Shown: positions 41,123-51,859, counted from the first letter of the stretch. The stretch: DNA of 64,000 nucleotides from Promethearchaeia archaeon (GCA_029856105.1 JAHQWH010000226.1:13075-77074); one strand, 5' to 3'. Notes: generated by a model not told the origin, from the sequence alone. Numbers and translations: made by a program.

Positions 41123-41800
41123 CTATCCTTTAATTTTTTGCTTGAATATATCTATTGTATCTGCGATCTCAGTTAATCTTATTGAAAACTCTTTTGGTTT
41201 CAATTTCTTTAAATTTTCGAAATTTTCAATAATTTCTTTAAATTCGTCAACCCAAATTTTCATAAGCAATTCGCTTTCTTTTCCTTGAATTAGTTTCCTT
41301 AAAGATTTGGTTATCGAAATATTAATTTTATCCATGAGTTTTTTTTCGTTTACCGTGTATGATATTTTCAAAACATCCTGTTGGGTTTTAAGAGTTTCAA
41401 CATCTTCTTGCATCTGAGATTTATGTATTAGTAGTTGTTCGTTAAATTTATTAATCATATCCATTATGATTTCTTCTTGTGTTTTAATTGTTTGCTCCAT
41501 CCTTTCTTGATTAAGGGAGATGTCTTTTTTTATTGCTGTAATTATTTCATTTGCAGATTTTAAAGAAGTCTCTAATTTAATTATTTGATTTGTTAAATTT
41601 TGAATAGTTTCAGAGTTTTTTTTTACCGAATCTATTTTATCTTGAGCTTTATCAAATCGTTCTTCTAAATTTTTTACTCTTTTTGGCATGTTTTTCAAAG
41701 AATTGATTGAGTCGTTTAATTTTTTTGTTTGCTCAATTAGATTTTGAAAATCCTTAGGGGAGATTTCTTCTAGTTTATCTTTTTTAGGAATTTTGACCAC
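41123..41800 (-). CDS. coiled-coil protein
   Basis: Heptad pattern over most of its length; overlaps the upstream GTPase gene by 17 nt. Confidence 0.8.
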   Translation of the reverse strand: MVKIPKKDKLEEISPKDFQNLIEQTKKLNDSINSLKNMPKRVKNLEERFDKAQDKIDSVKKNSETIQNLTNQIIKLETSLKSANEIITAIKKDISLNQERMEQTIKTQEEIIMDMINKFNEQLLIHKSQMQEDVETLKTQQDVLKISYTVNEKKLMDKINISITKSLRKLIQGKESELLMKIWVDEFKEIIENFENLKKLKPKEFSIRLTEIADTIDIFKQKIKG

Positions 41801-42797
41801 CCTTTATGACTTTTTCAGCTTTAGTATTACTAACATCTTCGATTGATTGTAGCTCTAAAATCGAGTCGAGTTTTAATTTGAAATCTTCTTTAAAATTTGT
41901 TAGATCATCTAATGTTTTGTCTATATTAACTATAAGTGAATCAATTGGACTTTTTTTTAATTTATTAATTATATCTGAAATCATCGCTATGTTATTACCG
42001 AACGCATTAACAATATTTTCCTTAATTTGGTTAACATCGATGTCGCTTTCGCTAATTTTTTTAAGATCATTGATTTCTTTAAGAGTGACTATATCATTTT
42101 CAGAAGATTTTATATTTTTCTTTATAATTTTAGGAGTTATAATTCTATGAAGCTTACTTGGATCGATTTCTTCTAAATTAATAATTAATTCTTGCAATTC
42201 TTTGTCATTTTTCTTAATCAAGTCAAGAAATTGCTCGGAAACTCTTTTAAATTGTATATCATTGCTTTCTTCTTCTAACTTTTTCAGATAGTCTAATACA
42301 ACCAAAGAAAATACCTCAGAAATATTATCTTGAGACTTCGCTGATACGAAAATAATGGGATAACCTTCGATTTGGTATTGGCGTATATTGTTTAAGAGAA
42401 TCTCAAATTCTTCTGGTTTTATCAAATCTGATTTGTTTCCAATTAAATAGGTGATACAATCAGGAGAAAAATTAGATAAGTTCTTTAGATATGTTTTTTT
42501 GATTTCTTGTAACGTTTCTTTCGGATTGCTTAAGTCAAAAATCAAAAAAGCTACATCTAAATTACTGAAAAACACTGGATTCAGGGGGTTAAAGCTTCTT
42601 TGGCCCCCAATATCCCAAATATTCAACCTAATATGAATATCATTTAACTTATACTCTTTTCTTGCAATATTAGACCCTATAGTTGGGATGTACATCGAGG
42701 GGAATTCTTTACCTACAAAACTATTCACTACTGAGGTTTTACCAATGCCCCAAAGTCCTACGATAGTAAGTTTGATGTTTATCTCAGAGACAATCAT
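41784..42797 (-). CDS. Rab/Ras-like small GTPase with helical C-terminal extension
   Basis: GLWGIGKTS, YIPTIG, WDIGGQ, NKSD, SAK. Confidence 0.92.
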   Translation of the reverse strand: MIVSEINIKLTIVGLWGIGKTSVVNSFVGKEFPSMYIPTIGSNIARKEYKLNDIHIRLNIWDIGGQRSFNPLNPVFFSNLDVAFLIFDLSNPKETLQEIKKTYLKNLSNFSPDCITYLIGNKSDLIKPEEFEILLNNIRQYQIEGYPIIFVSAKSQDNISEVFSLVVLDYLKKLEEESNDIQFKRVSEQFLDLIKKNDKELQELIINLEEIDPSKLHRIITPKIIKKNIKSSENDIVTLKEINDLKKISESDIDVNQIKENIVNAFGNNIAMISDIINKLKKSPIDSLIVNIDKTLDDLTNFKEDFKLKLDSILELQSIEDVSNTKAEKVIKGGQNS

Positions 42798-42876
42798 AAT
42801 TGCTCACTTGATAAAAAATATTTGACAATTTAATAGAATATAACAAGAGGTTTATTTAAATATGCTCAATCGAAAA

Positions 42877-43464
42877 CTACTCATTATTATTTTTTGCTGA
42901 AAACTTCTTGAAAGCGTAAACAATTCGTTGAATTACTGTAATATTAGTCCCAATAGCAAGAATAATCATGGTCCACCAGATAGCGGTGGGAAACCAGATT
43001 TGCAAAATCGAACCTATTAAAATAATTGGGATTCTATCCGTTCTCTCCAATAGTCCTACGCCGTATAAGTTTGGTACGCCTAAAGTTTCAATTTTAGCTC
43101 TAGTATAAGAAGTCATAAAAGCTCCAAAAATAGTTATAAATCCAATATACACTTCGGTATAGCCCCCAAATATAATTCCAAAAAAAATAAAGAAATCTCC
43201 AATTCGATCCAAAGTAGAATCTAAAAACGCCCCTAATGTTGTTGGCCCTTGAAGTCGTGCAATTACCCCATCTAACTGATCAAAGAATTCGACGAGAAAT
43301 AAACAAATTATTATAAAAATTATGTTTTGGAAGATAAATCCAAAAAAAGTTAATAATGAGAAAAAAAGTCCTATTAATGTTATTACGTTTGCCGGTATTT
43401 TGGTTAACTTTTTAGCGAGAGGGAGCAGTAGTTTTTCTGAGAATTTCTTAACTCGTAATAACAT
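42877..43464 (-). CDS. CDP-alcohol phosphatidyltransferase (archaetidylinositol-phosphate synthase-like)
   Basis: DQLDGVIAR...GAFLDSTLDRIGD; SYTRAK; GLLERTDR. Confidence 0.9.
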   Translation of the reverse strand: MLLRVKKFSEKLLLPLAKKLTKIPANVITLIGLFFSLLTFFGFIFQNIIFIIICLFLVEFFDQLDGVIARLQGPTTLGAFLDSTLDRIGDFFIFFGIIFGGYTEVYIGFITIFGAFMTSYTRAKIETLGVPNLYGVGLLERTDRIPIILIGSILQIWFPTAIWWTMIILAIGTNITVIQRIVYAFKKFSAKNNNE

Positions 43465-43591
43465 CTCGTTTTACACCAATATAATTAAAGAATTGTATTA
43501 TTTTTTAAATAAAAGATTTATGGTAATTAAAAATTAATTAGTCCTTAAAATCATGAATAAAAAAATAAATAAAAAGAAATTGAAAAAGAAA

Positions 43592-45085
43592 TTAGAATCC
43601 ATAAATAGGATAAAACTTCTTTTCTATGTATTCTATAAAATAGTTTGGATTTAAATCTTCCCCTGTAATTCTTTTAATTAATTCGTTTGCTTGATAAATT
43701 TTACCGTATTGGTGTACATTTTCTCGTAAGTAAGTAAGTAAGTTTGAAAAGTTTCCCTTTTCGTATTCCTCAGGTAGGGACGGATTTTTTTTAAGAGCGT
43801 CTCTATAAATCTGGGCGCCATATAAATTACCCAAAAAGTATGTAGGAAAATAACCGAAATATCCAGAGCTCCAATGTACGTCTTGCAACACGCCATCGGC
43901 ATCACTTGGTGGAGTGACCCCCAATAGGCTTTCCATTTTTTCGTTCCATAAATTGGGTAGTTCACTAACCTGTACTTTTCCTTCTATAATGTCTTTTTCC
44001 ATTTCAAATCTGAGAATAATGTGCATACCGTAAGTAACTTCATCGGCTTCTACACGGATCAATGAAGGTTGCACCGTATTAATACTACGATAAAAATCTT
44101 CCATATTTTTCCTCTTCAAATTTTTTGGAAACCTTTTTTCCAGTTTAGGATACCAGAATTTCCAAAACTCTTTACTGCGTCCAACCATGTTTTCCCACAT
44201 GCGAGATTGAGATTCGTGGATACCCATCGAACATCCACCTGCTAAAATGGTGTCGTGAATATTTTCCTTAAATCCCATTTCATAAAGACCGTGCCCACAT
44301 TCGTGAATAGTTCCAAAAAGGCATGCTGAGAAGAAATCTTCATTAATTCGCGTAGTAATTCGCGTATCAGTCGACGATAAAGATGTTGTAAACGGATGTG
44401 CTGATTTGTCTTGACGGCCATGTTCGAGATCAAAATTTAGTTTTTTAATAACTTCAATACTAAATTTCCACTGCTCATCAGGGTTCCATTTTTGCGTGAT
44501 AATTGAAAAATCAGGTTTATCGCTTGAAGAGTCTAATTTTTTAATAATTTTGATTAGTTTTGGTTTTGATTCATTAAAAATGTTAGCAATCCAATTGTAT
44601 GTCGCACCTGGTTCGTAAAGATCAATTAGAGTAGAGTATGGGTCCGGGTGGGTCTCCAATTTATTAGCGACTTCTATTTGCAAACCAGTCATCTTTTCTA
44701 AAAGAGGTTGAAAAATTGAAAAATCGTCTTTTTTCCTCGCTTCCACCCATTTACTATGGCCAATAGAAGCGGTTTTTGCGATTTCTTCCACTAATTCAGT
44801 TGGTAATTTAACTTCCAGCTCATATGCTCTTTTGGCTTCACGTAAAGTGGCAGCATCAATTAAATTTAAATCATTTAGTTTCTCAGCTTTTTTTATTAAA
44901 TTTCTAATTTTTTCGGAAATTAATCGTTCGTGCACAATTTTGCTCATGAGTGCGTTTTGCGCGCCTCTCCCCTCAAACGCTCCGTGAGGTAAATTAACCT
45001 GTTCGTCCCATCCTAATAAAGCACGGATATAATTAAGACGAGTTATTTCGGTAAATTCTTTTTTAAGTTCTTTTATAGGATTCAT
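43592..45085 (-). CDS. M32 carboxypeptidase (Taq-like)
   Basis: HPF, DTRITT, HECGH, HESQS, IRVEADE, QDVHW. Confidence 0.95.
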   Translation of the reverse strand: MNPIKELKKEFTEITRLNYIRALLGWDEQVNLPHGAFEGRGAQNALMSKIVHERLISEKIRNLIKKAEKLNDLNLIDAATLREAKRAYELEVKLPTELVEEIAKTASIGHSKWVEARKKDDFSIFQPLLEKMTGLQIEVANKLETHPDPYSTLIDLYEPGATYNWIANIFNESKPKLIKIIKKLDSSSDKPDFSIITQKWNPDEQWKFSIEVIKKLNFDLEHGRQDKSAHPFTTSLSSTDTRITTRINEDFFSACLFGTIHECGHGLYEMGFKENIHDTILAGGCSMGIHESQSRMWENMVGRSKEFWKFWYPKLEKRFPKNLKRKNMEDFYRSINTVQPSLIRVEADEVTYGMHIILRFEMEKDIIEGKVQVSELPNLWNEKMESLLGVTPPSDADGVLQDVHWSSGYFGYFPTYFLGNLYGAQIYRDALKKNPSLPEEYEKGNFSNLLTYLRENVHQYGKIYQANELIKRITGEDLNPNYFIEYIEKKFYPIYGF

Positions 45086-45279
45086 CTTAGATAAGTTAGT
45101 TTTATATATTTTTTAATTTGATATATACGACTTATATCAATGTAACCAAAAAAAATTTCTGTTTTATCAAAAAAATAATTTTTTAAGAGTTCAGAATCTG
45201 TATTAATTAAAGTTTTTAAATTAAGTGATAAATTATTTATTAATCTCTTTCAAATAATTAAAGTTAACGTGAAAAATCA

Positions 45280-45630
45280 GTGTCTTACGACTCAGAGAAT
45301 TTGATAGTTATTTCTTTTGTTGGAATATACATATTAATTGTTCTTATACTTATCATTAGGGGAAAAAAAGAAAACAGAAATTTAGTAATTCAAATTTTGC
45401 TTATTTCTGCTCTTATTTTTATAAACTCGTTTATTCGATTTCCTATATTTAACTTTATTATTTTAATAACTATAGTTGCTTTGTTTTGTTATATATTAGT
45501 AGCATTACTTAAACCATATGTGTTAGTCAAAAAAGAGAAAGATTCGTTCTTAAAATTAGATAAAAGTATAAATGAAAATACTGAAAACTCTAATTCTTCA
45601 AATGAAAACGCCATAAATGGGGGGGATTAA
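45280..45630 (+). CDS. small 3-TM membrane protein
   Basis: Hydrophobic ORF overlapping the next gene by 14 nt. Confidence 0.65.
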   Translation: MSYDSENLIVISFVGIYILIVLILIIRGKKENRNLVIQILLISALIFINSFIRFPIFNFIILITIVALFCYILVALLKPYVLVKKEKDSFLKLDKSINENTENSNSSNENAINGGD

Positions 45631-47116
45631 TATAACAAACATAATTACAGCTTTAGCACCTTTAATCCCTATGTATGTCCTTTTCTTTGGGGCTTTTGTC
45701 GCATATATCTTACAAAGTGATGTTAAAAGGAAACAGGTGATTTTTGGATTATTGTTTTTCAATTTAGTTCTTAATTCATTTTTGTGTGTAATGCACATTT
45801 TTTATTATTTTAATGGTTCAAATTTAAAAGGTACATACATAACAATCGAACTGATACTTATTTTTGGTTTAATTGCAACCCAGTTTTCTAATAATCAACT
45901 AAAAGATTCTCCAAATAAAAGTTTATATGATTTTCTTGTGCTAATCATTATATTTGGGTTAATTGGAATCGTTTTAACGACAAATATAATGTCCACCGTT
46001 TTATGGTTTCTGTTCCTCTCTCTAATTTTTGGCGTAATCTTCTTCATCGATAATTTCAAAAAAGAGTTAGAATTGTTAAAATTCTATTTTATTGTTCTAA
46101 TCATCAGCGCAATTTGCTTGATAGGAGCAACAATTTTAATTTATTTAGCAACTGGAAGTCTAGAATTAGACGTAATAAATGGAATTCAAATCTCCGAAGA
46201 GCTCAATAATTTTATCTCAGTCACTTTATTCTTAGGAATTGGTTTATTATGTGGTTTGGTTCCTTTCTCAATATTTCATTTGAAAAATTATTTTCAAGAT
46301 AATTCATACGCTAACTTGCTTCTTTTTACAATTTTTATTTACATTATCTCTTTTATTGCGATTAGAATTCTTAATGTCTTAAGTTACGAGTCGTTGTTAG
46401 TCAGTTTTGCGCTAATGACTCTTTTAATTCTGGGGATAATATTATCTATGGTTTATATTATAATAGAATTATTTACCCACATAGATGGAAATACATATTC
46501 TATTAAAAAAATATTTGGATATTCGGTTGTATTAGATTTTAACATGGTTTTAATATTCGTTGTGTTTTCTAATCTACTAACTACTCCTTTAAATGAGATT
46601 TTTCTAAATTCTATAATTTATTTCTTACTGACTATTTTTTCGGTTAAAATGTTAATTTTTTTTACTTTCTATCCCGTCACAATTAATACTGACGAAGATA
46701 ACATGAAGTTATTAGGTGGCTTTAAGAACGAGTATAGAAAGTTTGGTACGGCTTTATTAGTTTCGGGTTTAATTATTATTGTTTTATTAGGCTTTTTGTT
46801 TTTAAATAATACTTTACCTATACTATTTAGTTATGAAATTACTTCTAATTCTTTATATTCATTGACAGCAAGTTTTGTCCTAACGGTTTATGTTCTATTT
46901 TTAATAATGGTTCTTATTTTTATATCTATAAATTTCAATCACTTATATAACCAGAATGAACCTCAATATATACAAAGGGATAGTGCGAAAAATATACGTT
47001 CAATTGATTTTATGCCTATTATGATCCTTTTAATTATAATTATTTGTCTCAGTTTAAGCTATATCTTTATTGGCAACTTTTATTACGATTTATTCAAAGA
47101 TTTCTTTTATTTTTAA
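45617..47116 (+). CDS. divergent MrpD/NuoN-like antiporter-type membrane subunit
   Basis: About 14 TM; LKFYFI, ATGSL, CGLVPF, KKIFGYS, MKLLGG echo the proton-antiporter family. Confidence 0.6.
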   Translation: MGGINITNIITALAPLIPMYVLFFGAFVAYILQSDVKRKQVIFGLLFFNLVLNSFLCVMHIFYYFNGSNLKGTYITIELILIFGLIATQFSNNQLKDSPNKSLYDFLVLIIIFGLIGIVLTTNIMSTVLWFLFLSLIFGVIFFIDNFKKELELLKFYFIVLIISAICLIGATILIYLATGSLELDVINGIQISEELNNFISVTLFLGIGLLCGLVPFSIFHLKNYFQDNSYANLLLFTIFIYIISFIAIRILNVLSYESLLVSFALMTLLILGIILSMVYIIIELFTHIDGNTYSIKKIFGYSVVLDFNMVLIFVVFSNLLTTPLNEIFLNSIIYFLLTIFSVKMLIFFTFYPVTINTDEDNMKLLGGFKNEYRKFGTALLVSGLIIIVLLGFLFLNNTLPILFSYEITSNSLYSLTASFVLTVYVLFLIMVLIFISINFNHLYNQNEPQYIQRDSAKNIRSIDFMPIMILLIIIICLSLSYIFIGNFYYDLFKDFFYF

Positions 47117-47146
47117 AGAATTAGCTCAAAATTTAATAAATAACGC

Positions 47147-48658
47147 CTATACAGAGTCGTGTTTCACAAATATTTCAGCTGCGAATTCGACATCCTCTAT
47201 AGTAAGAGGTCTTGCCATGGTTTTTTGTAGCTCGGTTATCAATTGTAGGCATAACTCTAAGCTTAGCGAACTACCTTTCTTTTCGATCGTCCTTTGAAGC
47301 GTGCTTGATAATTCCTCACCAATCTTTCTCTCTTCAAGTATAGGTCGTTTTTCTTCAGGAATAACCAAATTTATATCAAGCGTGATATCTTCTTTGTCCA
47401 ATTCAGCTTCTTTTGACTCAACCGTAGAATCAGATTTTGAAAATAACATTAAATCCTCAGCCTTTTTCTCTATTTTTTGCGATTTTTGAGCTCTATAAGT
47501 AGTTTTTGGTACTTCTGCTGATGGTGGCGCTTTTACATCTGATTTACTTGAAGGTAAAGGTTGTACTTTAATACTTTTAGAGAACTGAATTTTTCCCGGG
47601 ATTTCAAATTTCATTTTCTTATCTGCTTTTTTTCTTAGTTCAGCTTGCTCGGCTACTTTTTTTTGTAACTCATCTAAATTTTTCTTGAGCTTGTTTATGT
47701 AAGTAAAATCTTGATAGTTGTTACATATTTTTATCAATTCTTTATACTTAGAAATAGCGAGTATTAAGTTTCCCTCTCTTTTTAGATTTTCTGCTTCATT
47801 CAACAATTCTGTAAAATAATGAGGTAATAGTTTTTTTAAACTCAGCATTTTAGCAATTAAAGATTTGATTTTTTCTTTAATGTTCGCTTCGATTAAAGAA
47901 ATTTCTTCGAAATGTGGAATGTCTAATTCGTTCTTTATGAGTTTAATATCTTCATCTTCAACTAAGTCGCGCTTAGTTCCGAGAATCAGTAATTTTGAGA
48001 ATTTGCTTTCTTGCTTTTGCAAGTTTAGGAAGTGATTAATCACTCGTAAATGGTAATTTGATAAATCAAATAGTAGGATGACCAAATCGGAGCCTTTTAT
48101 AAATTTTGACCACATGAGCGAGAAGTTATCATTAAGGGCAAAATCCCAAATATCAAATTTCAGGTTGTCAACCATATACTCAGAAGTTCTAGCAAAATTC
48201 ATGATTGCGCGCTCCTTACCACCTCTCAGCATAGTATAAAGCAAAGTTTTTCCTGAATGAGTTGGACCTATTATTGTAATTTTTGAGTGTAATTCGTATT
48301 GCTGTTCTCTTAAAAAGTCTACAAATTCTCGCTTATTTTCACTTGAATTTTTTATATCTATCGGGTTTGGGAACAATTCTTTAAAATTTTTAGCCGTATT
48401 CTCTATCGTGGGACCGACATAATCAAGACTGTCTACCAAGTCGGTTATAAATAAGAATAGTACATTCCCCTCTGATTTGTGAAATATTTGAAAGTGTTCT
48501 GATACCGGTCGATGAAATATTTTACCGGGTATTGGCATTTCGATGAAGGATTGAATAATCTTTGTTACGTTATTCAACTCATCTTCTGCTAAAGCTAAAG
48601 CGTATGTATGATTGTAAATGCACTCATTCATATGAAAAATGTGAATTTGTCGAAGCAA
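47147..48658 (-). CDS. longin-like domain + degenerate small GTPase + helical tail
   Basis: N-terminal alpha/beta domain; GPTHSGKT, WDFALND, TKRD; helical segment AISKYKELIK. Confidence 0.75.
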   Translation of the reverse strand: MLRQIHIFHMNECIYNHTYALALAEDELNNVTKIIQSFIEMPIPGKIFHRPVSEHFQIFHKSEGNVLFLFITDLVDSLDYVGPTIENTAKNFKELFPNPIDIKNSSENKREFVDFLREQQYELHSKITIIGPTHSGKTLLYTMLRGGKERAIMNFARTSEYMVDNLKFDIWDFALNDNFSLMWSKFIKGSDLVILLFDLSNYHLRVINHFLNLQKQESKFSKLLILGTKRDLVEDEDIKLIKNELDIPHFEEISLIEANIKEKIKSLIAKMLSLKKLLPHYFTELLNEAENLKREGNLILAISKYKELIKICNNYQDFTYINKLKKNLDELQKKVAEQAELRKKADKKMKFEIPGKIQFSKSIKVQPLPSSKSDVKAPPSAEVPKTTYRAQKSQKIEKKAEDLMLFSKSDSTVESKEAELDKEDITLDINLVIPEEKRPILEERKIGEELSSTLQRTIEKKGSSLSLELCLQLITELQKTMARPLTIEDVEFAAEIFVKHDSV

Positions 48659-49040
48659 TTTCTTCCTCTTCCAGTCTTTATATTTTTAAGGAAACCTTTT
48701 TATCAATCTTAATAATTATTAGATAACACTTCCTAATATAGTTTACATTACATTCGATTAATTTTAATTTTTAGGATCTTTTTTTTATTTCTTAGGAGAA
48801 TAATGATATTTAGATTTTAACATAAGTGAATATATAATTATTCAGAAGTGGTATATAGTAAAAAGTTATCGAAGATTAAATACAAACATGTTAAATTTTA
48901 AATAATATCGCACCAAATCTTTTTTAAATTATAATTAAAACATCAAATTTGATTATATGACAACAATAAAATATAAGAAGTATATACTATATTACATAGT
49001 GGTAATAGCATTCTTTATTCAATAATTTAAAATCTCGATA

Positions 49041-49997
49041 ATGCCCTTGGAACAAAATCACGTTGAAAATTTTCTCAAGAATAATTCAAATCCTAAACAT
49101 AAATCTGAATTATTCAATCTTCTTAGAGAAAGGATTGATGACTTATGTGATATTTGTTCAAAAGATCGAATCCGAAATGTATTAAACCCAATGTGTTATC
49201 ATCGGTTTTTACTTGCGCTAAGACTCTTGAACGGTCTAGGAATTGAAGATCAACCTGAATTCTGTTACGGTGTTCACAAGGATATAGTTTTTCGGGATTT
49301 TAGGAATAAAACGGTAATCTACAAGCCAAACGATGCGTATTTGTATTTAATAGATTTCTTTGATGTTTTTTTCCACGGTGATTATAGAAAACTCAACAAA
49401 TTCTTTTCTAAAAAAGATTTTAAAGAAACCAATAAAATTTTTGACGATAGAATAAATAATAGAGATGAGCACTTTCAATATCTATTAACCGATGATAAAA
49501 GTTTTATGTTATTCAAATACGATGAAAGGATTCATGTTGCTTTTATTAAGGAGAATTACGCTCTCTGCAACGCTAATAGAGAAAACATTACAGATTTAGA
49601 ACTCTTACTAGGATTATGCAAACTCTTCGCACGAATTTATTTTCCAGAAATAAAGTTAAAATTAATCCCAAATGACTGCGTTGAGATTAAAACCATTATT
49701 CCAAAAGAGGCACTTCAAAAAATTAGCCCTACAGAACCTACAGAAGAAGACTCTAAACGAGATAAATACATATGGAATGTTTTCCCTAGTGAACTTGATA
49801 CGTTAAGTCAATTTTCTAAAGAAATAAACATATATTTAGATAAAAAGAAAAATTTGGCAATAAGATTACATATTGGCATAGAATCTGAGGGCATCTTCAA
49901 TCGATCTAAACGCATGTTATTACGATATCGAGATTTAAGATTAATATTTAACATTCTTTATCGGTTGTACAACGATTTCTATATACTACATATTTAA
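49041..49997 (+). CDS. hypothetical protein
   Basis: 318-aa ORF with an N-terminal Cys cluster (CDIC, MCY, FCY). Confidence 0.75.
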   Translation: MPLEQNHVENFLKNNSNPKHKSELFNLLRERIDDLCDICSKDRIRNVLNPMCYHRFLLALRLLNGLGIEDQPEFCYGVHKDIVFRDFRNKTVIYKPNDAYLYLIDFFDVFFHGDYRKLNKFFSKKDFKETNKIFDDRINNRDEHFQYLLTDDKSFMLFKYDERIHVAFIKENYALCNANRENITDLELLLGLCKLFARIYFPEIKLKLIPNDCVEIKTIIPKEALQKISPTEPTEEDSKRDKYIWNVFPSELDTLSQFSKEINIYLDKKKNLAIRLHIGIESEGIFNRSKRMLLRYRDLRLIFNILYRLYNDFYILHI

Positions 49998-50037
49998 TGA
50001 ATAAAAATTATATAAGTCAAAAAAAAATAGTTTTAAG

Positions 50038-51282
50038 TTGGTTAAAATGAGCGAAAAAGATCAAAAAAATCCCGAAATTACCAAGATAAAAGATTTCGTG
50101 AAAGATGGTAGAATAGACGATGCAGTTAAAATTATTGCACTCTATCTTGGAGATTCAACTCAAGAAAATAATATAGAAAGACTTGAAGATATAATCGAAA
50201 TGCTTTTGTCGCTCCATGGTGGACAAACCGTCTTAAGATCTCTAATAGAGCAATTAGTTATTGACATCCCATCTTTATTAGAGAATCTCTCAAAACGCGA
50301 TTCTGTCTTAAGATATAGCTTTCTTTTGCTCTTGAAGACGATGTGTGAGCAAGAATGTTCTATTTTTCTTCCCTATAGTGAAGATTTGTTAAGTTCTGAA
50401 GACCCAAACGTTAGAGAAGCCGTTCTACAGCTCATAATTTTTATGGCGGGAGGAGAAGAATACATCGAGGACGAATCGTTGATTGGAAAGATCGCTAAAG
50501 CTTTAACTGATGAAAAAGAATTCGTAGTTGAGAAAGCAGTTCAAGCGTTAAAAATTATAGGTGGAAATAATCCATCCTTAGTCACCAAAATGATTACTCA
50601 AAATGTTAAAGAAAATCCAGAAAACGATGAATTAAAAAGAATTGTGGACAATGTGCTAAAATCAGTTGTTACAATTGAGAGGATCGATGAATTAGTAGAA
50701 GAGAGTGAGAAAAGAGAGATTACAGATGAGGAATTAATAGAAAAAGAAGAGTCAGACATAATCGATAAGGAACTCGAACTAAAGAAAAAAGAAATAGAAA
50801 TTAAAAAGAAAAAGTTAGAATTAGAAGAGAAAGAAAAAGAAATAGAAAAAAAAATTATTCAAGAAAAGGAAAAAACGCTAAAATTAAAAGAAGATCTCAT
50901 TGAACAAGAGAGTAAAGAACAACCTGATATTGAAACAGAAGAAATCCCTAAAAAAGTAAAAAAACAATTAAAAAAAGAAGAATCTGAAATTCTCGATAAA
51001 GAAATCCTTCTGAAAAAGAAAGATTTAGAAATTAAAAAAAAAAAACTGGAATTAGAACTTAAAGAACGCGAGATTGAAGAGTTGGCTATTACAGAGAAAG
51101 AGAAAACCTTAAAGCTCAAAGAAGAACTAATAGAAAAAGAAAGCGAATTATCGCAAGTAGAAATCGAATTACATCAAAAGAAAATCGAAGAAAAAGAGAA
51201 AAAAATTATAGACGACGAACTTAAAAAAGCGGAAGATAAAATAAAAGACCTTGAAAAAGAAACAGAAAATGGCGAAGAATAA
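50038..51282 (+). CDS. HEAT/ARM domain + E/K-rich coiled coil with internal duplication
   Basis: EDPNVREAVL HEAT unit; ~57-aa block repeated 77 aa apart. Confidence 0.8.
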   Translation: MVKMSEKDQKNPEITKIKDFVKDGRIDDAVKIIALYLGDSTQENNIERLEDIIEMLLSLHGGQTVLRSLIEQLVIDIPSLLENLSKRDSVLRYSFLLLLKTMCEQECSIFLPYSEDLLSSEDPNVREAVLQLIIFMAGGEEYIEDESLIGKIAKALTDEKEFVVEKAVQALKIIGGNNPSLVTKMITQNVKENPENDELKRIVDNVLKSVVTIERIDELVEESEKREITDEELIEKEESDIIDKELELKKKEIEIKKKKLELEEKEKEIEKKIIQEKEKTLKLKEDLIEQESKEQPDIETEEIPKKVKKQLKKEESEILDKEILLKKKDLEIKKKKLELELKEREIEELAITEKEKTLKLKEELIEKESELSQVEIELHQKKIEEKEKKIIDDELKKAEDKIKDLEKETENGEE

Positions 51283-51298
51283 ATTTTTTAAAAATCTA

Positions 51299-51343
51299 CT
51301 AATTTCTATTCATCTTCTTCATCATAAAATGCATCAAAATTAA
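51299..51343 (-). repeat. degenerate displaced copy of the 3' end of gene 54407-55450
   Basis: 39/45 nt match to 54400-54444 without gaps; NFDAFYDEEDE* vs NLDAVDDEEEE*, plus 7 identical nt past the stop. Confidence 0.7.
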
Positions 51344-51494
51344 ATTTTAATCGTCTCATTTTTTAATTTATTATCAATTCAATCAAGTATTTGAAAGTAT
51401 TCAATATTCTTTCAACAACATATTTGATGAATCAGATATATATACTCAAATGGAACGTATAAGTACTCGACTCAAAAATATAATAATAATTATA

Positions 51495-51618
51495 ATAGAT
51501 GAGATTCACATTCTCCAAGAGAGATTTTATTTTTATTAAGACTTTGGATTCTTTAAATATTGGAAAGGGCACATTCCTAATCTCAACTGCTTTTTCTGTC
51601 AAATATAGCGGCTTTCAT
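51495..51618 (-). pseudogene. 5' remnant of a Zn-dependent alcohol dehydrogenase (MDR)
   Basis: Across frameshifts reads MKAAIF../..AVEIRNVPFP..KVLIKIKS/..GECESH, resembling MKAAV...EVPxP...EVLIKV...GICGSD. Confidence 0.5.
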
Positions 51619-51859
51619 TAATTACTAGCTCAAATAATATATTAAATATGTTTTAAAAAAAAAGATTAATAATAATAAAAATTGTGTTCTAAACACTAAC
51701 TAAAAATAAGCTTTAATTTGTCCCATTTTATAAAATTTTATAGGTACAAATATCAATTATTTTATTTTATTTATAGATCCAAGATTTAAGTTTTTCTTAA
51801 AATTTATTGGACCTATAATTTACTATTAAATTTTTATTTCTATTACTTAAGGTGTTAAT

